Assembly: GCA_038244715.1 (NCBI GenBank)
Contig: JBBRTE010000016.1
Span: 13,212 to 77,211, forward strand
Origin: Thermoanaerobaculia bacterium
GTDB lineage: Bacteria > Acidobacteriota > Thermoanaerobaculia > Gp7-AA8
Direction: 5' to 3'
DNA: 64,000 nucleotides
Under the pieces are notes generated by a model, which worked only from the letters and a program-made list of their open reading frames with translations, made no database searches and was not told where the DNA came from. This document shows positions 58,519 through 64,000 of this stretch, in pieces (position 1 is the first letter of the stretch; each line of letters opens with the position of its first letter). The translations under genes were made by a program, and so were the position numbers.

Positions 58519-59682
58519 ATGCAGGATCATCACCCGATCCGGATCGCAGGCGCCGGCCCCTCCGGCCTCACCGCAGCAATCATCCTCGCCCGCGCTGGCA
58601 GGTTCGTCGAGGTCCATGAGGCCAAGCGCGACGTGGGGACGCGCTTCATCGGCGACCTGCAGATCATCGAGGGAGCATCCGAGAGTGAGCCGGTGCCCGC
58701 GTTTCTCGACCGCCTCGGCATCGAGCGCAATTTCTATTTTCGTCCCGCGACGTCCGCCACCTTCTACGACCATCGGCAGAACGCCCGCGTGATCCGCAGC
58801 GATCAACCGTACGGATACTTCATCCACCGCGGTGCGGAAGAGGGAACGCTCGACCGCGGACTGCTCGCGCAGGCGCAGCAGGCCGGGGCGAAGATCGTGT
58901 TCAACAGCCGGCTGGCGATCGATCAGGCCGACATCGTCGCCACCGGGCCGGCATCTCCGGATGGACTCGCGAAAGAGATCACGTGGAAGGTGGCCAACGC
59001 GGAAAACAAATCTCAGGAGCTCGTCGACGTCTACTTCAACCACAAGCTCGCTCCGGGCGGCTACTCCTATCTGTTCATCCTCGACGGCGTGGCCACCTTC
59101 GGCTGCGCGATCGTGGCCGACTTCAAGCAGATCGACTCCTACTTCGATCACTCGCTCGCCGCTGCCCGAAAACTCCATGGCTTCGACGTACCGTCCGACG
59201 CGCGGACCGGCTACTCGTACATGAACTTTCATCTGAAGCGCGCGGCGACTGCGAACGGGTCGCGGTTCGTCGGCGAGGCCGCCGGATTTCAGGACTACCT
59301 CTTCGGACTCGGCATCCGCTACGCGATCACGAGCGGTTCGCTGGCCGCGCAGAGCATCCTCGAGAATCGCGATTACGACGAGCTGTGGAAGCAGGATCTG
59401 CGGGGAAAGCAGGAGACGAGCCTCGTCAACCGGTTTCTGTACGAAGCCGGCGGAAACTTCGGGCTGTCGATGTTCGTGCGGCAGGCCGGCCGGGCGAAGG
59501 ATTTTCATCGCTACCTGAGCGGATGGCATCGCCATACCTGGTGGAAGTCGATGCTCGCGCCGCTCGTGCGCCGCTTCTGGAAGCATGACGGCCGTTGCCT
59601 TCACAAGCCCGGCCCGCATTGGTGCCGTTCGCGCGATACCGAGATGAAGGTTCCGGCCCTTGGACCCGTCGAGTTGAAATGA
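58519..59682 (+). CDS. FAD-dependent oxidoreductase, geranylgeranyl reductase family-like
   Basis: IRIAGAGPSGLTAAIILARAG Rossmann motif; VGEAAGFQDYLFGLGIRYAITSG resembles the GGR GDAAG motif region. Confidence 0.65.
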   Translation: MQDHHPIRIAGAGPSGLTAAIILARAGRFVEVHEAKRDVGTRFIGDLQIIEGASESEPVPAFLDRLGIERNFYFRPATSATFYDHRQNARVIRSDQPYGYFIHRGAEEGTLDRGLLAQAQQAGAKIVFNSRLAIDQADIVATGPASPDGLAKEITWKVANAENKSQELVDVYFNHKLAPGGYSYLFILDGVATFGCAIVADFKQIDSYFDHSLAAARKLHGFDVPSDARTGYSYMNFHLKRAATANGSRFVGEAAGFQDYLFGLGIRYAITSGSLAAQSILENRDYDELWKQDLRGKQETSLVNRFLYEAGGNFGLSMFVRQAGRAKDFHRYLSGWHRHTWWKSMLAPLVRRFWKHDGRCLHKPGPHWCRSRDTEMKVPALGPVELK

Positions 59683-60566
59683 CCAGCGACATTCTTCCGC
59701 CTCCCCTGTCTCCCTCGGTGGATGAGGCGTACGCGTTCTGCCGCGCGATCGCTCACAAGTACGGTTCCAATTTTTCGGTCGGCTTCCGCTTCCTCCCTCC
59801 GGTGAAACGGCGGGCTGTCTATGCGGCGTATGCCTGGTGCCGCTGGGCTGATGACATCGCCGACGAACCGAGCGAATCGCCCCAATCCGTTCTCGAGCGG
59901 TTGAAGGGGTGGCAGGACGAGCTCGACGCCACGTACACGGGGACGCCATCCCACCCGATCACCATCGCGCTCGCCGACGCGTTGCAGCACTTCGCCATTC
60001 CGAAGAGCGCGTTCGTTGCCCTGGTCGACGGCTGCCGGCAGGACATGGTGAAGACGCGTTACGAGACCTTCGACGAGCTGCTCCAGTATTGCGAGCTGGT
60101 GGCGTCGTCCATCTCCGACATCTCGCTCGCGATCTACGGCTACCGCACGCCGGCTGCGATCGACCACGGCCGCAAGCTGGCCACCGCGCTGCAACTCACG
60201 AACGTCACGCGCGATGTTGCCGATGACCTCGATCGTGACCGAGTCTATCTGCCGCAGGAGGAATTGCGGCGCTTCGGGGTCACCGAGCCCGATCTGTTCG
60301 CGAGGCGCGACACCGACGCCATGCGCCGGTTGATCGAGTACCAGATCGACCGCGCCGCCGGATATTTTCGTCTGGCCGAGCCGCTCATCCACGAACTGTC
60401 GTTCGATGCACGCTTTCCGACCCTGCTGATGGGCGGGGTCTACGCCACCGTCCTGGAGAAGCTCCGCCGCGATCCGCTGGTCGTTCTCCGGAAGCGGCTG
60501 TCTCTCACGCGTGTTCAGAAGCTCACGGTCATCGCACGGCGGCTCGTCCGTCCTCACTTCGCGTGA
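59679..60566 (+). CDS. squalene/phytoene synthase family protein (CrtB/HpnD-like)
   Basis: YAWCRWADDIAD (first Asp-rich motif) and NVTRDVADDLDRDRVYLP (second Asp-rich motif). ATGA overlap with the upstream reductase. Confidence 0.8.
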   Translation: MTSDILPPPLSPSVDEAYAFCRAIAHKYGSNFSVGFRFLPPVKRRAVYAAYAWCRWADDIADEPSESPQSVLERLKGWQDELDATYTGTPSHPITIALADALQHFAIPKSAFVALVDGCRQDMVKTRYETFDELLQYCELVASSISDISLAIYGYRTPAAIDHGRKLATALQLTNVTRDVADDLDRDRVYLPQEELRRFGVTEPDLFARRDTDAMRRLIEYQIDRAAGYFRLAEPLIHELSFDARFPTLLMGGVYATVLEKLRRDPLVVLRKRLSLTRVQKLTVIARRLVRPHFA

Positions 60567-60601
60567 AACGTGCGACGATCAGGCTTCGTCGTAGAAACGG
60601 T

Positions 60602-61375
60602 ATGTCGCGCGCGTTCACACTGGTTCTCCTGCTCGTCAGCGCGGTTGGAGCCTTCGCCTCCGACGCGCCGCCACCGAGCGTGAGCGTTCTGATTCCCGTC
60701 GTCGGAAGTGTCGTGGGAATCAACAATGTCCACTGGAAGACCGACGTCGATCTCTTCAACGACGGGCGGTCCGAGGCCAACGTCATGCTGTCGCTGCCGA
60801 CGGCTCCGGATCAGCCGTTCATCTTCGTGACCATTCCTCCAGGTTCCGCGCAGCACTTCAGCGACATCGTCGCGCAGACGTTCGGCATGGACACGCTCTC
60901 ACCCCTCAGGATCACAACGGTCGACAGCAAGCGTTCGGTGAGGGTGGCGGCGACCGTCTACTGCATCCATGACGGAGAGATCTCCCGGCCGGAAACGATC
61001 GCGATCACCTACGGCGCCACCTACTTTCCGTTGCGCAGCCTGAACGGGCTCTCCTTCAGCGATGCCTTCCGCACGAACGTCGGCCTGGCCAATCTGGGAG
61101 ACCACGAGGCCGCCTTCACGCTGGCGCTGCAGCGCGTACCAGGTCGGAATGTCGCCGTCACGCGTTACGCGGTTTCGCCGAACACCCTCGTCCATACGTC
61201 CGTGCAATCGCTGTTTCCGATGATCACCAAGGGCGATGACTTCATCGTTCTCGTCGAGACGAGCGCGCCTGACACCTATGTCTATGCGTCCGTGATCGAC
61301 AACGAGACGAATCAGACTCACTTCATCCAGCCGTCGTTCACCGCTCCGCTGGCTCAGGAAGCGCTGAACCACTGA
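60602..61375 (+). CDS. secreted hypothetical protein
   Basis: Signal peptide MSRAFTLVLLLVSAVGAFA; beta-rich composition. Confidence 0.5.
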   Translation: MSRAFTLVLLLVSAVGAFASDAPPPSVSVLIPVVGSVVGINNVHWKTDVDLFNDGRSEANVMLSLPTAPDQPFIFVTIPPGSAQHFSDIVAQTFGMDTLSPLRITTVDSKRSVRVAATVYCIHDGEISRPETIAITYGATYFPLRSLNGLSFSDAFRTNVGLANLGDHEAAFTLALQRVPGRNVAVTRYAVSPNTLVHTSVQSLFPMITKGDDFIVLVETSAPDTYVYASVIDNETNQTHFIQPSFTAPLAQEALNH

Positions 61376-61396
61376 CTCGCGGTATTCTTCGCCGTC

Positions 61397-61561
61397 ATGG
61401 ACGAGCCGGACTACCTCATCTGTCTCGATTGTGAGACGCCGACCTATCAGTTCGAGTTTGCCAACGGCAAGCTGGCCACGGTCATCTGCAACACGTGCGG
61501 GAACGATTCGATCTCTGAGTTCATGACCGAGGCCGAGTTGGAAGAACAGTCCGGCGGATGA
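61397..61561 (+). CDS. small zinc-ribbon protein (54 aa; CxxC...CxxC)
   Basis: MDEPDYLICLDCETP...VICNTCGNDS. Stop overlaps the udk ATG (ATGA). Below the ORF-track length cutoff. Confidence 0.4.
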   Translation: MDEPDYLICLDCETPTYQFEFANGKLATVICNTCGNDSISEFMTEAELEEQSGG

Positions 61562-62178
61562 AGACTCCTGTGATCATCGGCATCGCCGGCGGCACCGGCT
61601 CGGGCAAGACCACCGTAGCCCGTGCCATCTACGACCGCGTGGGCAAGGATCGGATCGAGTGGATCTCGCACGACTCTTATTACCGCAACTTCGACTTGTT
61701 CTCGCCGGAGGAGCGCCACCAGATCAACTTCGATCATCCCGACTCGCTGGAAACGGAGTTGCTCGTGCGGCATCTCGACGTCCTTGCCAAGGGTTCCTCG
61801 GTCGACGTGCCCGTCTACGAATTCGCCACGCACTCACGTAACCCGGAGAAGACGCAGCGAGTCGAGCCGCGCAAGGTGATCATCGTCGAAGGAATCCTCG
61901 TGCTGGCGGAACCGGAACTGCGGAAGAGGATCGACATCAAGCTCTTCGTGGATACGCCGCCCGACATCCGCTTCCTCCGACGACTGACCCGCGATATCGA
62001 ATCACGGGGACGAAGTCTCAAGTCCGTGATTGACCAGTACCTGACGACCGTGCGGCCGATGCATGAGGAATTCGTGGAGCCGTCGAAGCGGCATGCCGAC
62101 CTGATCATTCCCGAGGGCGGAGAGAATCAGGTGGCACTGGACGCGATCATCTCGAGGGTGGAGCACCTGCTCGCCTAG
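61558..62178 (+). CDS. udk: uridine kinase
   Basis: P-loop IIGIAGGTGSGKTT, DSYY, and a highly conserved Udk layout. Confidence 0.9.
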   Translation: MKTPVIIGIAGGTGSGKTTVARAIYDRVGKDRIEWISHDSYYRNFDLFSPEERHQINFDHPDSLETELLVRHLDVLAKGSSVDVPVYEFATHSRNPEKTQRVEPRKVIIVEGILVLAEPELRKRIDIKLFVDTPPDIRFLRRLTRDIESRGRSLKSVIDQYLTTVRPMHEEFVEPSKRHADLIIPEGGENQVALDAIISRVEHLLA

Positions 62179-62292
62179 TTATTTGAGTTTGGATCACGCG
62201 CAACCAGCGACCACTCAGCAGGTTACAAAATTCACCGCGGAGCGGAATGGACGACGGCGTTCCTACCGTTTCGATGTGCTGCCGTAGCGGCG

Positions 62293-62321
62293 TTGACCGT
62301 CGTTCCGGCGCTCCATAGAAT
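62293..62321 (+). promoter_or_regulatory. sigma70-type promoter for rpsU (TTGACC - 17 nt - TAGAAT)
   Basis: -35 TTGACC at 62293-62298 and -10 TAGAAT at 62316-62321 with a 17-nt spacer, about 40 nt upstream of rpsU. Confidence 0.5.
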
Positions 62322-62363
62322 CACAACCCACAGTTACTGCTACACAGAAGGGGGGGATTGGGA

Positions 62364-62570
62364 TTGCCTCTGGTGCACGTCAAAGAGGACGAGAGCTTTG
62401 AGAACGCGCTTCGCCGTTTTAAACGGAAATGCGAAAAGTCGGGGATCCTCTCCGAGTTGAAAAAGCGGCAGCATTACGAAAAGCCCAGCATGAAGCGTAA
62501 GAGAAAAGCGATCGCGGCGCGGAAGAAAGTGTTGCGGAAACTCGCCGAAGAACGTCGTACAGGTTACTGA
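62364..62570 (+). CDS. rpsU: 30S ribosomal protein S21
   Basis: [48 protein letters not shown]... is alignable to bacterial S21 (MPVIKVRENEPF...RRFKRSCEKAG...). TTG start with AAGGGGGGG RBS. Confidence 0.85.
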   Translation: MPLVHVKEDESFENALRRFKRKCEKSGILSELKKRQHYEKPSMKRKRKAIAARKKVLRKLAEERRTGY

Positions 62571-62593
62571 GTCGCACGCAGTGCTGCTCACAA

Positions 62594-62628
62594 GGGGACC
62601 CGCGGAAACGCGGGTCCTTTTTGTTTTT
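62594..62628 (+). terminator. intrinsic terminator after rpsU
   Basis: GGACCCGCG-GAAA-CGCGGGTCC stem-loop followed by TTTTTGTTTTT. Confidence 0.75.
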
Positions 62629-62680
62629 GTCGAAACGTCAGAACGGAATAGCGTGCCCGGCTGTCACGTCTAGCAAACGA

Positions 62681-64000
62681 GTGAATCCCCTCCCTCTCCA
62701 GCAACTCGAGCTCGACCGCGTCCTCACGCTCATCGCGATGGAGGCAAAGAGCTCCCTCGGCAGGGCGAACGTCGAACGGCGCCGCCCGTTCCGTACCCTC
62801 AGAGAATGCGAGGCGGCGCAGGCCGATCTCGCAGAGATGGTCCGTTTCTTCCTCACCGAGGGGCTGTTGCCGCTGGCCGGCCTTGCCGACGTCGCGCCGC
62901 TGCTCGATCGCGATTCGATCCTCGACCTCGACCTCGACGAATCGTGGATCGTGCTGCGCAGCGTGCGCGCGACGCAGGCCATCCGCGAGACGTTCCTGCG
63001 CACCGACACGTTTCCCCGCCTCGCCAGGCATGCGGAAGGCATCCCCGACCTGAGCGCGCTGATCGCGAAACTCAACAAGTACTTCACGCGCGACGGAAAG
63101 CTGCGCGAAGAGGCATCCGCCGAGCTCCGAGCCATCCGTCTGCGGATGCAGGGGAAACGCGCCGCCATTCAGCGCGTCCTCGTCGACATCATGAACAAGA
63201 GCGCGGACGCGATCCAGGAGCCGCTCATCGTGATGCGCGGCGACCGTTACTGCGTCCCCGTCCGTGCCGATCACCGCAACGCCGTTACGGGAATTCTCCA
63301 CGAACGCTCGGGATCCGGGGCGTCGTTCTTCATCGAACCGATGCAGGCCATCGAGCTGAACAACGACCTCGCCGATCTGCTGATTCAGGAGCGGGAGGAG
63401 ATCGCGCGCATCCTGCGTTTCATCTCGGCTGCGATCGCCGACGAGGCGGAGCCGATCCGCGATGCGACGCGTGTCGGAGGCGAGTTTGACGCACTGCAGG
63501 CCTGTGCTCAGTTCCATCAGCTCGTCGGTGCTTCGCGGCCCACGTTCAGCGACGATCACTCCCTGGAGATGATCGAAGGGCGCCATCCCCTCCTCGACGA
63601 GCGACTCGCTTCGGCGCGGGCGGAAGCCTTCGGCGAAGAACCATCGGATCGCAAGGTCATCCCTATCTCGGTCAAGCTCGATCGGTCGAGTACCGCACTG
63701 GTCATCAGCGGGCCCAATGCCGGTGGCAAGACGGTCGCGCTGAAGACCACGGGGCTCCTCGTGGCCATGGCCATGAGCGGGCTCCCCGTCGCCGCCGCGG
63801 ACGGCACCGTGATCCCGGTCGTCGACGACTTTCACGTGCTCATCGGCGACGACCAGAGCGTGCTGGAACATCTATCGACGTTCTCCGCCTATCTGGTCCG
63901 GCTACGTCGCGTCCTCGAGCGCGCCACGGACCGGTCCCTGGTTCTCCTCGACGAGCTCGGATCGGGCACGGACCCTGAGGAGGGCTCGGCGATCGCGACG
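62681..64000 (+). CDS. mutS2: endonuclease MutS2 (partial, continues past window end), GTG start
   Basis: VNPLPLQQLELDRVLTLIAMEA... N-terminus and ISGPNAGGKTVALKTTGLLVAMAMSG Walker A of the MutS domain V. No stop in window, so absent from the ORF track. Confidence 0.85.
   Translation, partial: MNPLPLQQLELDRVLTLIAMEAKSSLGRANVERRRPFRTLRECEAAQADLAEMVRFFLTEGLLPLAGLADVAPLLDRDSILDLDLDESWIVLRSVRATQAIRETFLRTDTFPRLARHAEGIPDLSALIAKLNKYFTRDGKLREEASAELRAIRLRMQGKRAAIQRVLVDIMNKSADAIQEPLIVMRGDRYCVPVRADHRNAVTGILHERSGSGASFFIEPMQAIELNNDLADLLIQEREEIARILRFISAAIADEAEPIRDATRVGGEFDALQACAQFHQLVGASRPTFSDDHSLEMIEGRHPLLDERLASARAEAFGEEPSDRKVIPISVKLDRSSTALVISGPNAGGKTVALKTTGLLVAMAMSGLPVAAADGTVIPVVDDFHVLIGDDQSVLEHLSTFSAYLVRLRRVLERATDRSLVLLDELGSGTDPEEGSAIAT

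Noticed and set aside
1-64000. Search for tRNA, rRNA, CRISPR repeats, transposase/integrase genes
   Set aside because: No T-loop/anticodon-stem-like 75-nt candidates in intergenic gaps. No regularly spaced direct repeats. No DDE/tyrosine-recombinase-like ORFs. The only repeats are the 60-bp hairpin family and the AT-rich palindrome.

Overview
This 64-kb window is high-GC, densely coding bacterial chromosomal DNA. The gene content (DUF11 repeat protein, DUF4388, DUF1579, Ser/Thr kinase with TPR, many B12-radical-SAM enzymes) suggests an Acidobacteriota-like soil bacterium, but that is inference only. I support about 65 protein-coding genes. I found no rRNA, tRNA, CRISPR array, transposase or integrase. 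The two most interesting loci are: (1) a compact minus-strand operon at 1811-4864 encoding a PqqD-like recognition element, a radical-SAM/SPASM maturase, a 56-aa Cys-containing small ORF with a strong ribosome-binding site, an HPr-kinase-like P-loop protein and an S24 peptidase, which I read as a candidate RiPP system of an undescribed type; and (2) a 10-gene overlapping minus-strand operon at 32139-42266 carrying four tandem paralogous B12-binding radical-SAM enzymes, a GH3-type adenylating amide synthetase, two GNAT-fold acyltransferase-like proteins and a fatty-acid desaturase, next to a PAP2 phosphatase, which I read as an uncharacterised lipid or N-acyl-amide tailoring pathway. Other notable items: a dispersed ~60-bp hairpin repeat in three copies (an inverted pair upstream of carA and one copy forming the 3' tail of a gene); a striking AT-rich heptad-repeat palindrome between two oppD/oppF-type ATPase genes; a perfect 18-bp palindrome upstream of a tolC-emrB-emrA efflux operon; a Ser/Thr kinase lying between the ATPase and permease genes of a MacAB-type efflux system; a multiply frameshifted GNAT pseudogene; and a conserved rpsU locus with promoter, TTG start and intrinsic terminator. 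A long secreted tandem-repeat/DUF11 protein at the left edge is missing from the ORF track because it runs off the window.
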